Source: Jimgerdemannia flammicorona (Eukaryota). Taken from it: DNA of 39,472 nucleotides. A model generated the notes under the pieces. The model saw nothing but the letters and a program-made list of their open reading frames with translations. It had not been told where the DNA came from and ran no database searches. The position numbers and the translations under genes are program-made. The stretch covers positions 1-39,472 of the forward strand of contig RBNJ01000140.1 of the NCBI GenBank assembly GCA_003990765.1. Direction: 5' to 3'. Numbering within the stretch: the stretch's first letter is position 1; the number at the start of each line of letters is the position of its first letter. Positions 21,208 to 33,013 of this stretch are shown here, piece by piece.

Positions 21208-23235
21208 ATGGAAAGCAATGACCATACAGGTGCATATACTAGGTCGGGGGGATCTAGGGCCTTTGACTGGCAGCAGGTGGGAAGGGGATATGGCCTGGGG
21301 ATGTGGGCTTTCAGTGGGTTGAAGAATGGAGAAGGCTCTGGAGGGGGACCAGTGTCTGGTGGCAATAGGAGAAGGTTTGGTCTCCCAAGCTTCACTGACA
21401 AGGTTAAGGGGAGTGGGTGGCCGGCTAGTAATAGGGCTGGTGCTGCTGAGGGGAAAGGCAAGGCAAGCCTTGGGAGGGGAAGTGGTGCTTTAGCTGAGAG
21501 TGCAGGTGTAGGGGCTGGAGGTGCTGTGGCTGGGGGTGTGACTATTGATGAGAGTGTGACAGGGAATCAGGAAAAAAAAGTAGATGTGATGGCTGATGGC
21601 CAGGAGGGGCAGGGGTTCCCGATGCAGAAGGGGGACCTGGCAGTTGGTGTAATGGGGCTGGCAGTGACCCCATTACTCAAGAAGTCGATCTCGGAGTTTA
21701 CAGTGACCTTGTGCTTCCGGGGCTTGGTAGTGACGGCGAGGATGGTCCTGGGGCTTGTCTTAAAGCAGGTGGCTGGGGCGGCCTCGGTGAAGTTCTTGAA
21801 GGGTTTGGAGGGGGTCAAGGTAGGATTTGAGGAGGCTGGTCTGCTGGATGAGGCACTGAAGACTGGGGTCGTGGTTGGGGAGATAGTGGTCCCCATGGTG
21901 TGGTGCTTGCGATGGGACCCCAGAGTGGTGCAGCTTCTGGTGAAGGGAGTGCCCATGGTGACTAAGGAGGAGACTAGGAAGCAGGTGGAGGAGGTGATGA
22001 TTGAGTATGGTGATGTGGTGGATATCAGCTTTCAAGTGTGGGAGGGGACAGCGATCAGGACAGGTGACATTGATGTCAGGATTCAGCTGACAGAAAAGGA
22101 GGCCACAGGGAAGGCAAGTGACTGGCCTTTGGTGCTGATGTGGGGGGCTTTCAACTGTAAGGTATCGAGGGTGAAGGGGAGTGAGAAGGAGGAGGAGGAC
22201 TTGTTGGAGGCACTAGAGGAGATGAGTGGAGCTGTGGAGAGGAGGGCGAGGACCTGGAAGTTGTATGAGGAGTCGACACATCTGGAGGTTGTGGAAGGGA
22301 AGCAAATCTGCATAGACAGAGGGCAGTGGGAGTGGGTGCAGGGGCATAAGAGGCAGAGGGAGCTACTGGCGAGTATGACGGCCAAGGCGAAGAAGAAGGT
22401 GGTGGGGGATGAGGTGTCTGGGAGTATTGAGGCCAGTGTCTGGGCTGGTAATGGGGTAGGGGAGGTAGAGGTAGAAAAGGAAGGAGATGGGAAGGTGCTG
22501 AGCAAGGACCCTTTTGCCGATGGCACCTTCAAGGTCTGGGAGCCAGAATTGGATTCCACCCCCCCCCCTCTGATCAGGAGGGGCCCAGCTGCGAAGAGAA
22601 GGGCGTCAGAGGATGTGCTGATGAAGGGGGCCCAGCGAGTGTGTTTTGGGGTTCCTGATGTGGTGAAAGGGGGACAAGTGGTGGCGGCTGGTGAGGATGA
22701 GCTGGTGGATGTCCCTGAGGAGGAGTGGGATAAGGCTGCCAGTGTGGGTGCTGACACCACAATGTTGGATGTGGGGTGGCTGGGGACTCCTGGAAGGAAG
22801 GAGGTAGGAAACTTGCTGTGGATGAGCAAGGTGATGGATAACCTTACAGCTGATGTATTGGGAGAAGTGGACCTGTGGGTTATGCCTGAGGAGTACTGGG
22901 AGAGGATTCTGCATGGTGAGGGAGTAGTGGAGGCACTGAAGGGGGAGATTCTTGTAATCCTATTAAAGGAGAAGGGATATGAGATTGATGAGGTGAGGAA
23001 GGCGGAGCTGGTGGTGGCTACAGGTGAGCAGGCAATATACTGCTGGGCTGAGCAGCATGGTTTGCAGCTCTGGAGGGAGGCCTGTCTAGAGTATCGAGAG
23101 GAATTTGAGAAGAGGGAAGATGAGGTGATGGTAGAACTCCTGGGAGGATTAGAGGCATGGGATGCTGGGGAAAGGGAACTAGCTGCTGAACGTGAATTGG
23201 ACTTGGTGCAGGAGGAGCTGAATGTGGACTTGTAG
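21208..23235 (+). CDS. LINE-C ORF1 protein, 675 aa, uninterrupted; Gly-rich N-terminus, possible RRM-like middle, acidic C-terminus
   Basis: Longest ORF in the window; ATG start conserved in LINE-E (30312); lies directly upstream of APE-RT ORF2. Confidence 0.88.
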   Translation: MESNDHTGAYTRSGGSRAFDWQQVGRGYGLGMWAFSGLKNGEGSGGGPVSGGNRRRFGLPSFTDKVKGSGWPASNRAGAAEGKGKASLGRGSGALAESAGVGAGGAVAGGVTIDESVTGNQEKKVDVMADGQEGQGFPMQKGDLAVGVMGLAVTPLLKKSISEFTVTLCFRGLVVTARMVLGLVLKQVAGAASVKFLKGLEGVKVGFEEAGLLDEALKTGVVVGEIVVPMVWCLRWDPRVVQLLVKGVPMVTKEETRKQVEEVMIEYGDVVDISFQVWEGTAIRTGDIDVRIQLTEKEATGKASDWPLVLMWGAFNCKVSRVKGSEKEEEDLLEALEEMSGAVERRARTWKLYEESTHLEVVEGKQICIDRGQWEWVQGHKRQRELLASMTAKAKKKVVGDEVSGSIEASVWAGNGVGEVEVEKEGDGKVLSKDPFADGTFKVWEPELDSTPPPLIRRGPAAKRRASEDVLMKGAQRVCFGVPDVVKGGQVVAAGEDELVDVPEEEWDKAASVGADTTMLDVGWLGTPGRKEVGNLLWMSKVMDNLTADVLGEVDLWVMPEEYWERILHGEGVVEALKGEILVILLKEKGYEIDEVRKAELVVATGEQAIYCWAEQHGLQLWREACLEYREEFEKREDEVMVELLGGLEAWDAGERELAAERELDLVQEELNVDL

Positions 23236-23266
23236 AGGATGGGATCACTTTCTGACATTATTCCTT

Positions 23267-26200
23267 ATGAACAGTACAACAAACATTTTCTCTTTGAACA
23301 TGAATGGGCTGAGGGGGTCTGGTTGGCATAAGAACATTTTTACTTGGCTCAAGGGATTAGAGGCTGATCTCTTTTTACTACAGGATGTACAGTGTGAGGA
23401 TGAGGATGATCAGGTGAAGTGGACTATGGAATGGGGCAGGGCATCTGCTTGATTTGGAAAAGTGGCAATTTTGATGTGGAAGGGCAGAGGTGACTTGGAG
23501 GGGATCAGGAACTGGGGGGACTGTTTGGTCTGGGGGGATTGGCAGTGGCCAGGATGGGAGTCGGTGAGGGTTGGCTCTTGCTATTGCCCTGTAGTTAGGG
23601 GTGAGAGGATTGCTTGGATTGAGGAGCTGCTGGAGGAGGGTATTCTCCTAGAAGAAGGGGTTGATATAATTGGAGGAGACTTTAATATGGTTCGGGATTA
23701 GCGTCTGGACTGCACTGATGGTGGGAGGAGTGCAGGAGGGAGAAGTGGAGGCCTGGATGCATGGGAGGAGGTGGAGAGGTTGAGCTCCTTAGGAGATATG
23801 GGTCAAATGCGATGAGGTGACTCCAGGGTCTATATATATTGGGTGAATGGCTTGGGTACAAGGATTGACTGGATTATGACAGCAGAATGCTGAGGGTTGG
23901 ATATCTGGAAGGTATTGGAGATGGAATGGTGCACATGGTCTGATCACTGGGGACTATTGGGACAGGGGCAGTTTGGGGGGAGTGGAGATGGACCCGGATA
24001 TTGGCACCTCAACTCCTCCCTACTAGCTGAGAAGGGGTTGTGGGATTCTTGGGAAGAGGACATTCAGGTGAAAGTTTCACACTGGCAGTGTGAGGGTTTA
24101 TCAGTGGGTGTTTGGTGGATGAGATTGAAAGAGGCTGCGAGGGTCTATTGAGAGAGGCTGGGAGAGAGGCTGGGAGAAGTAGGAGGAAGCGCATGAGGTG
24201 TGCTTCCAGCAGGCTGAGGAGATTGCAGATGGATTGGGCTGGTTTACTTACTTCCGATGGGGTAGAGGATTGGAGGTTGGCACAGGTGAGATTGGAGGTA
24301 TTGGAACTGCAACAGGTGGTGAGAGAAGAGGAGGAGGTGCATATGTGAGGTATGGCTGCTAGGCTATGGTGGCAGGGGCTTGAGGAGGGTGAGCAGCCTA
24401 CTAGATATTTATCCCATCTGCTTAAGGCATGGAGGGTGAGACATCAGTGGGAGGGTGTCCTTGATGCTAATGGAGATATGGTGCATGGCATGCAACAAAT
24501 CCTAGAGGTTCTGAAAGAGAGATGGCAGGGTTTGTAGAGTGAGGATGAAGGGGGTGCTGATGAGGAGGCTATTGAAGAGGCATTAGGAGAATGGAGGCCA
24601 TCACAAGTGGCTGGACTGGATGACTTGGCTTTGCCGGTGCGAGGTGAGGAAGTCCAGAGTATCCTTGTGGCAACTAAAACTGGAATGGCACCTGGGGAGG
24701 ATGGACTACCATGGGACTTCTGGAAGAAGATGGTCAAGATCTCTGGCATTCTGGGGGAGATGACTGCTCTCTGTAATCATGTTCTTCAGAGTAGTGAATG
24801 GGTTGGGGAGCAGGACCTTGGGCTAGTGGCTTTATTGTACAAAGACAAGGAGAGAAGAGAAGACTGGAAGAACTGGCGGCCAATCATGCTTTTGGACATG
24901 GACAGGAAGATGGTAACTAAGGTGGTTGTCGCAAGGCTGCAGAAGGTTGCCCAACAGGTTCTGGGGGAGGAGCAGTGGGGCTTTGTTGGAGGAAGGCTTA
25001 TTCGAGATGGGACTGCTTGGGTGCATGGTGTCATTGAAGGGGCCTGGGCCTGCGGCCTGGATGGAAGGTTGGTCTTTTTGGATCAGGAGAAGGCCTATGA
25101 CCGGGTCTGGCTGGTTTGGCTGGGCAAGGTGTTGTATTGGTATTCCTCCTGGATTTCAGGCTTCTATGGTGAATTTTCTCAAGGGCAGTCGGGCAGCACT
25201 GTTGTGTAATGGCCACTGGGGTCAGGCATTTATCTTGAGGAGAGGGGTTCCTCAGGGTGACCCCTTGTCCACTATTCTTTATGCTCTCTCATTGGAACCG
25301 TTAATAGATAGGATTCGCCGAAAGGTGGTGGAGCTCTCTATCTATAGCATAGTATGGAAGGTGGGGGCCTTTACAGATGATATGGTGGTTGGCCTTAGGT
25401 CTGTGGCAGATGTTGAGGCGCTTCAGGAGACAGTGGAATGGTATGAGATTCACTCTGGGGTGAAGCTCAACTGGCATAAGTGTGAAACCATAGTGCTAGG
25501 GAATGGACTGGTGGGTGGAGATATTATTAGAACAATTATCCCTACTGGTGAGATGGTACGTTATCTAGGCATCTTCCTCTCTTTATATGGTTCTGTCTTG
25601 CCATGAGTATGGTGGGAGAGCAGGGTGGCTATTTGGGGGAAGGCCCTTCAAGGTTGGGGAGGCTGCCATATCTCTCTAGCAGGGTGGGTATCGATTCTGA
25701 ATACATACTGGTTTCCCAAGCTATGGTATGTAGCATATCACTTAGACTTCCCAGCTTGGGTGGTGAAGAGGCTGATGAAGGTAGCTAGGGATTGGATATG
25801 GGCAGGGAGGAGGTCCCAGGTCTGCTGGGATACTCTTGCGATACTGGTGGACAGGGGAGGTCTTGGCCTTGTGGATTTCCCTAAGAGGTTACACTGCTTG
25901 TGAGCCTGGTGGCTGAAGAGAGCGGCTGAACTGCAGGGAGGGGGTTGGGTACTTCTGATGCAGAAGGTGTGGGAGGTGAGAACCTCCCCTCGAGGGTCCT
26001 CAGGAGATCTACTCTCTTTGGTAGAGCTTAATGGAACTCAGCGGCTGTGGTTTAAGGGCTTTTGGTAGGGAGTGGTCGATGGAGCACACTGAATTGGTCT
26101 GCGCTGGCAAGGTAATGAGAGGGAGGTGTTGTGGGGTCCTCATATGTAGCAATGGGATAGACTCCTTCTGGGGGGTGCTCCACTCATTGCTTTTGATATT

Positions 26201-26907
26201 GGGGATGGAGTAGAGTGTCAGCAGAGTCTTGGCCAAGACCTTTGGCTGAGCAGTTGGCAGATAGTCGGGATTGGTGAAGGGTGGGACTGGGCTGGTATCT
26301 GGGCTTGGAGCACTGAGGTGAGGTGGTGGCTCCCCCCCAAGTTCTGGGTAGTGTGGTGGCGAATACTGTGGAGGAACATCATACTGAATTTCCACACCGG
26401 GCATCAGGTGGATGGTGGCTGTTTTGATTATGAGGAATGTTACAATGTAGGGCAAGTTGGAGGTTTGGCGCAGATGCTGGAACATTGGCTGGGGGAGTGT
26501 GAGGTTTTGGGGGACTTTTGGGTTGCAATAGGAAATAGATTGGGTGTAGAGTGCAGGCCGGCGGGTGTAGGGGATCGGTGGGAGGACTTGAGGTCTCAGC
26601 TGGTGGGGGGGGTGGGTGATAGTTGGCTCACTGTCAGGTGGGTGTTAGTAGTTTGGGTGGGTCTGGCAGGACATTGACTATTTGTGTTTGAGGAGGGGCA
26701 GCAGATGAGCTTGCAGGAGAAGGTTGTAAGATGGGAGGAGATGTTGGGGGATCTGTTGACTGGATGGTAGATAGGTTGGGGTCCTTCAGGGAGGTGGCAG
26801 TGAGGTTTGGTGACAAAGATATGTGAACAGAGTGATGGGAGGGTGGGAATTGTATTCGATAGAGTGGTGTTTCATCGAGAAGGGGTAGGGGGGAGGGGCC
26901 CCCCTAG
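23267..26907 (+). pseudogene. LINE-C ORF2 (APE-RT), multiple stops and frameshifts
   Basis: IFSLNMNGL; FLLQD; GGDFN; SDH; PGEDGLPWDFW; NWRPIMLL; DQEKAYDRV; RRGVPQGDPLS; FTDD; YLG. 3' end is approximate. Confidence 0.92.
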
Positions 26908-26985
26908 GGGGATTGGTTAGGGGGTGGGTTTATTATATTTATATAGGATAGATGGGTGTAATAAAGGACAAGTCCAAGTGACTAT

Positions 26986-27014
26986 AAAAAAAAAAATAAA
27001 AATAAAAATAAAAA
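26986..27014 (+). repeat. Poly(A)-derived tail A11(TAAAAA)3
   Basis: Read directly from the sequence. Confidence 0.9.
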
Positions 27015-27962
27015 TAGCAAGGGCTTCTCTGGCTCTAGTTTGGGGATCCACAGTTGTTTCTGGGGGTTACTCCTGTCCAAGGTTGGTCTTGTTCCAACTT
27101 CAGGAGTGTGTCCTTTGGTGCCTTCTTGGCTGGTAAACCACTGCTACCAAGTTGTAATAACTCTCACTTCTACCCCTCTCTTATCCTTGAGATAATTAGG
27201 GAAGTAGACTATTACTTAGGGACTTAGTACACAATGTATACCAAGAAGCCTTCAGTTTGAGGAAGCGCTTGCTTAAAGTAGTTGTAGTGGCAGTACCTTA
27301 TCTTTCAAAGGTCTTTCTCTGGGTTGCCTTCTGTTTCAAAGGTCTTTCTCTTGTGCCCTATTTTGAGGGTCTTGTTCTTTGGTGTGCACAGACTGAATTC
27401 GCCTTGGAATTCAGATTCAATGGATTTACTTAAGTCTTTGGGGATTTATATACTGGTCTCAGTTCTGGCAGAAGTTAGCTAGGCTTCTGGAGTTTAGTCA
27501 GAAACACTAGAGTCACTTAGATGTCATTACTAAGACTCAGAGGAATGTGTGTGTGTGGGGGGACTTGATTCTTGTATCAAGGACTGATCTAAAACTGCTT
27601 TATTTCAGATGAAAAACTGGGGGGTATTTATACAAGTTGGTCCATGATTTCTGACTAAGTATGAGTGACTAATTTGGTAACTATAATGAGGTTTGTGATT
27701 GTGACCTTTGTCAGGTAGTTTTTGGTAAAGAATATCTTTGTGATCAGGACCTCAATTACTAGGCAATGATCAGCAGCTGTGGCAACTGTTGCTGTGGCAC
27801 CAGTTGTTAGGGATAAGCTGGATATCGTTTTCCATGTCATTTTGCATTGTTTGTCTGTTCATTATTCATATGCTATGCTCAATCATATGATGACGTCATC
27901 ACCGGGTCACATGATCATTTGTCTTGTCGTATCCCATCTGTTCGCTCATTCATTCTATTACA
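27015..27962 (-). mobile_element. Gypsy-2 remnant: 5' LTR, PBS and about 135 bp of leader
   Basis: 27017-27152 matches ~8359-8494; PBS at 27138-27149. Confidence 0.93.
27153..27962 (-). repeat. 5' LTR of Gypsy-2
   Basis: TGTAATA...TATTACA, 810 bp, same LTR family. Confidence 0.96.
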
Positions 27963-30229
27963 ACATGTCTGGAATACTGGAAGGACTTCTAGGAAAAGGA
28001 GGATGGGGTAATGGTGGAGCTTCTGGCTGGGTTGGAAGCACAGGTGACTGAAGAGAAGGCACTGGCTGCAGAATATAACTTGGACTTAGCACAGGAGGAG
28101 CTGAATATAGATTTGTAGAGGGTATGATTGATAAACAATATTATTCCTTATGAACAGTACAACTAGTATTTTTTCTTTAAATGTGAATGGGCTATGGGGA
28201 TTAGGGCAGCATAGGAACATTTTTACTTGGCTTAAGAGATTGGAGGCTGATCTCTTTTTACTGCAGAATGTACAGTGTGAGGATGAGGAAGATTAAGTAG
28301 AGAGGACTAGAGAATGGGGAGGGGCTACTACTTGGAATAGCAAAGTGGCAATTCTGGTGAGCAAGGGTAGAGGGGACTTGGGTGGAATTCAGAGCTGAGG
28401 AGACCATTTGGTCTGGAGAGAATGGCACTGACCTGGGTGGGAATTGGTGAGGATTGACTCCTATTACTGCCCTGCAATTAGGAGTGAGTGGATTGAGTGG
28501 ATTAGGGATCTGTTAGAGGAAGGTGTCTTCTTGGAGGAAGGTGTCAATGTTCTGGGAGGTGACTTTAATATGGTGCAGGATCCACAGCTGGATAGAACTG
28601 GTGGAGGAAAAAGTGCAGGTGGGAGGAGTGGTGAACTGGATAAGTGAGAGGAGGTAGAGAAACTTAGCTCCTTAGGGGATATGGGCAGAACATGGTGGGG
28701 TGACAGGAGGGTCTATACACACTGGATAAATGGACTGGGTACAAGGATTGACTGGATTCTGATAGCAGAATGTTGGGGTGCTGATGTTTGGAGGACTCTG
28801 GAGGTGGAGTGGTGCCCTTGGTCTGATTACTGAGGGCTATTGGGGCAGGGACAGTTTGGGAGGAGTGGAGATGGACCTGGACATTGGCACCTTAACTCCT
28901 CTCTGCTGGCTGAGAAGGGGTTGTGGGACCCATGGGTGGAGGATATCCAAGTAAAGATCACCACCTGGATACAGGAGGGATCATCTGTGGATGTCCAGTG
29001 GATGAGGTTGAAGGAGGCTGTAAGGGTTTATTGGGGAGGAGCTGGTAGGGTGGCTGGGAGGCTGAGAAGGAAGCAAGTATGGTGTGCTTCTAATAGGCTG
29101 ATTAGATTGCAGATGGAGTGGGCTGAGTTGCTTCATTCTAAAGAGGTGGAGGATTGGAGGTTGGAGCAGGTGAAATTGGAGGTGATGGAGCTACAACAAA
29201 TATTGCAAGAGGAGGAGGAGATTCATATGAAAGGAATAGCTGCCAGGCTATGGTGGCAGGGGCTTGAGGAAGGGGAGCAGCCCACTAGGTACATACCTGT
29301 CAAGGCTCCTTCAAGCTAGGAGGGTGCACCACCGATGGGATGGGGTCATGGATGCTGAGGGAGTTATGGTGTATGGCACACAGCAGATCTTGGAGGTACT
29401 GAAGGAAAATTGGAGGGGTCTGTAGAGTGAGGAGGAAGGGGGTGCTGATGAGGAGACAATTGAAGATACATTGGAGGAGTGGGAGCTACTGCAAGTAGAC
29501 AGACTAGGTGATTTGATCCTACTGGTCCAGGAGGAGGAGATCCAGAGAGTCCTTGCAGCAACTAAACTGGAGACAGTGCCAGGAGAGGATGGGTTGCCTT
29601 GGGACTTCTGGAAGAAGATGGTAAAGGTTTCTAGAGTATTAGAAGAGATGGCTGCCCTCTGTGATCATATTCTTCTGAATGGCAAGTGGGTTGGCAAGCA
29701 GGACTTGGAGCTGGTGGTCTTATTGTACAAAGATAAGGGGAGGAGGGAGGACCGGAAGAACTGGAGGCTAATTATGCTTCTGGATATAGACAGGAAGATA
29801 GTGACTAAGATGATTGTGGCAAGGCTACAGAAGGTTGTCCAACAGATTCTAGGTGAGGAGCAGCAAGGCTTTGTAGAAGACAGACTTATCAGAGATGGGA
29901 CTGCCTGGGTGCACAGCATCATTGAGGAGACCCAGGCTTGTGGACTAAATGATAGACTGGTCTTTTTGGACCAGGAGAAGGCCTATGACCATATTTGGTA
30001 GATATGGCTAGGCAAGATACTGGACAGAATTGGTGTTTCCCTAAGGTTTCAGGCTTCTATGCTGAATTTGTTGGAGGGCAGTAGGGCAGCACTGTTGTAT
30101 AATAGTTACCAGAGTTTGGCATTTCCCTTGAGAAGAGGAGTTCCTCAGGGAGACCCACTGTCCCCTATCCTTTATGCCCTTTCTTTGGAACCTTTGATGG
30201 ATTGGATACATTAGAGGGTGGCAGGGCTC
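27963..30229 (+). mobile_element. LINE-D (family 2): end of ORF1 plus ORF2 from ATG 28150 into RT, interrupted by LINE-E
   Basis: Collinear with LINE-C ~23080-25337; GGDFN, PGEDGLPWDFW, DQEKAYD, GVPQGDPLS. Confidence 0.92.
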
Positions 30230-30727
30230 CATCTTTCTCCAGTAACATTCAGGTTACACAACCTTTTGGCAACACTTTCAATACAGTTTCTGGAGAAAAG
30301 CTACTAGTATCATGGCAACCAATGAGCATCCTGAGGTGCATACTGGGCAGGGTGGCCCTGGAGCATTCAAATGGCAGCAAGTGGAGAGAGGCCCCGGCTT
30401 GGGGGGTAGTATGAGGGGCCTGCTGGCAGGAGGCCGCAGTGGAGAAGGGGGCAGAGCTGGAGGCCAAGGGTCTGGCAGGGTGAGCTTTGCAGAGAAGGTG
30501 AAGGAGGGTTGGCAGGGGGCTGGACTGGAGAGCTGGCTGAGAGGGGGGAAGGTACCAGTGAAAGATACCAGACAGCAACCACTTGGGGGTACCTCTCTGG
30601 AGGGCCATAAGGGTGGAGCTGGGGTGGTAGCAGCTAGGGCAGGGACTGCTGATGGGGGTGTGATGGGCGATTTGGAAAAAAATCTAGATGGGACTGCTGA
30701 TAGTAAGCCAAGTGGTGGGAAGGGCAC
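30230..30727 (+). mobile_element. LINE-E (family 2): 5' UTR and start of ORF1 (ATG 30312), interrupted by Gypsy-3
   Basis: Matches the LINE-C 5' end; ORF1 similarity AFKWQQVERG/AFDWQQVGRG and SFAEKVK/SFTDKVK. Confidence 0.88.
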
Positions 30728-31545
30728 TGTAATAACTCTCACTTCTACCCCTCTCTTATCCTTAGGATAATTAGGGAAGTGGACTATTACTTAGGGACTT
30801 AGTACACAATGTGTACCAAGAAGCCTTCAGTTTGAGGAAGCACTTGCTTATAAGTAAGTGTAGTAGCAGTGCCTTATCTTTCAAAGGTCTTTTTCTTAGG
30901 TGCCTTTTGTTTCAAAGGTCTTTCTCTTGTGCCCTATTTCAAGGGTCTTGTTCTTTGCTGTGCACAGACTGAATTCGCCTTGGAATTCAGGTTCAATGAG
31001 TTAACTTAAGTCTTTGGGGGTTTATATACCAGTCTCAGTTCTGGCAGAAGTTAGCTAGGCTTCTGGAGTTTAGTCAGAAACACTAGAGTCACTTAGATGT
31101 CATTACTAAGACTCAGGGGAATGTATGTATATGGGGGGGACTTATTCTTGTATCAAGGACTAAACTAAAACTGCTTTATTTCGGATGGAAACTGGGGGGT
31201 ATTTATACAAGTTGGTCCTATGATTTCTGACTAAGTATGAGTGACTAATTTGGTAACTATAATGAGGTTTGTGATCGTAACCTTTGTCAGGTGGTTTTTG
31301 GTAAAAACAACTTTGTGATCAGGACCTCAATTACTAGGCAATGATCTGCTGCTGTGGCAACTATTGCTGCAGTGCTGATTGTTGGGGATAAGCTGGATAT
31401 CGTTTTCCATGTTGTTTCGCATCATTTGTTCATTCGTTCGTCACTCACTATTCATATATCATGCTCGATCATATGATGACGTTATCACCGGGTCACATGA
31501 TCACTCGTCGTTCATCGCATCCCATCTGTTCATCATTCTATTACA
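30728..31545 (-). repeat. 3' LTR of Gypsy-3
   Basis: TGTAATA...TATTACA, 818 bp; left flank GGCAC is the predicted TSD. Confidence 0.96.
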
Positions 31546-31558
31546 TCCTTCTCCCCTT
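31546..31558 (-). other. Polypurine tract of Gypsy-3
   Basis: Minus strand AAGGGGAGAAGGA before the LTR. Confidence 0.88.
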
Positions 31559-32923
31559 AGAAATCAATGTCCTCGTTGATTGAGAAATTGAGAACCAGGG
31601 GAGAGAAAGGTGGGGAATCTTCCTCAGGGGCAGGGGGGGTGGTTGTTGCTGATGACTCGCTGTCCAGGATGGAGAAGTCAATGAGGTCTGCAAATGGTTC
31701 TTGTATTGGAATAGGTGCTGGTGTAGGGGTTCTCCATCTGATGCAGTTGGGGCCATCCAAGTAGGGCTCTTGGTCTTCATGCCTGGGAATATCCATTCGG
31801 ATAGGTGGTCTTTCAAAGAGATCAGATAGGTCTTGGAGCCATTGGTCAGGGTTGTCATTCAGGAGGGGGCTCCAGTAGGGTTCGCAGTTAGTAGACTTGA
31901 GGGCAATCCAAGAGTTGGCTTCTTGAGCGACCTTGACTTCTAGGGCATCAACCTCAGAGAAAGAGAGGTTCTGGAAGTCCTTCAGTTGTATGTAGTTGAG
32001 ATTGGGGATTGCGAAGGGTATATGGCACATGATTTGATGGACCTTCTTAGCAAGTCTTTGCTCGTGTCTATCTAGGTGAGTCCAGTCAGAGACTTGGTCC
32101 ATTGGCAGGTCCTTTGTATGTTAGAGGAGTTGATGGCCAATCTCGTATTTGTGCCAGATTTCTAGGTGGCTGGTAGCAAGGTAGGCCCTTTCAATAAGTT
32201 CATGGTGGTCAAGGACATACTGTCCTAGGTCTGGGCTGGAGAGGTTAAGGGCCTCTGAGCAGTGGTTCCTTCCTTGGATGGCAACCTGGATATGTCCAAA
32301 GAGGCAGTCAATCTGGCTTGGGAGGGGCTGGCTGTGGCAGGCAGTTTGGTGGTGGGTGGCAGGTATTCTTGTCTTGTCTTTTCTTTATGAGGAAAGGGGG
32401 ATGAGAGTTGCGGGGTATTCTTGCCTTGGATATTTATACTTATTCACCCATCTGATGTGACCTTCCTTTGGTCATGCTTTCTGGCAAAATACATGACCTG
32501 TACTGTAAGCGGAGCATGTGCTGGTCATATAAGGAAATCCTGATTTCAAAGATCTCATCACCTATCTGTGGTTACACAGGGTTAACAGGTCTTGGTCCAC
32601 TTTTTTTTTTGTCTGGTTGGCACATTTGCAAGGACTGGCCATCCTTGTCTAGGGCAAGGGCTCCTATTGTCATGGCTGGGGGTTGAAACCTCTCAGAAAT
32701 AGACTTTCTTGTAATCTGAGGCAATTCTTTAGTAACAATATCTGTCATGTGGATGGACTTAGACTGGTTTCGACATTGTCGGCTTTCCTAAGTTTCACAT
32801 GAAGCATCTGTCATCATCCAGTGGAGATGATACAGATGGCGTGAAACAGAGTTGTTCAAATGTGTTTTGCTGTACTATACTAGATTGTTCTTTTGCTCAG
32901 GTATCCTCTTGTTGGTTATCCAT
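31557..32923 (-). pseudogene. Extra ORF3 of Gypsy-3 (181-aa open segment 31557-32102, extending upstream through TAA codons that are CAA-like in Gypsy-1)
   Basis: Homologous to the Gypsy-1 ORF3 region; ends at the PPT. Confidence 0.62.
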
Positions 32924-33013
32924 AGTGTTCCTTTTTTCACTGCAATGTTTGGTATTATATGTTTCCAGATAAAGATATGTGGTATCCTTTTTACTCGCTG
33001 TGTGCTCCTATAC

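Larger units (their letters stand above)
21127..27014 (+). mobile_element. LINE-C, full-length L1/Tx1-like element (family 2)
   Basis: 5' end CACCTTTCACTGGTAACATTCAGG is shared with LINE-E; ORF1, ORF2, AATAAA at 26960 and tail A11(TA5)3. Confidence 0.94.

Noticed and set aside
22083-23258. 391-aa Ser-rich antisense ORF and similar antisense ORFs across the LINEs
   Set aside because: Mirror of Glu/Gly-rich sense codons; compositional artefact.
27153-27962. Solo LTR interpretation
   Set aside because: The PBS and leader are still attached and there is no matching TSD, so it is a truncated element.
15010-30727. Telomeric head-to-tail retrotransposon array
   Set aside because: Junctions fall inside other elements, LINE-A is oppositely oriented, and no telomeric repeats are present.
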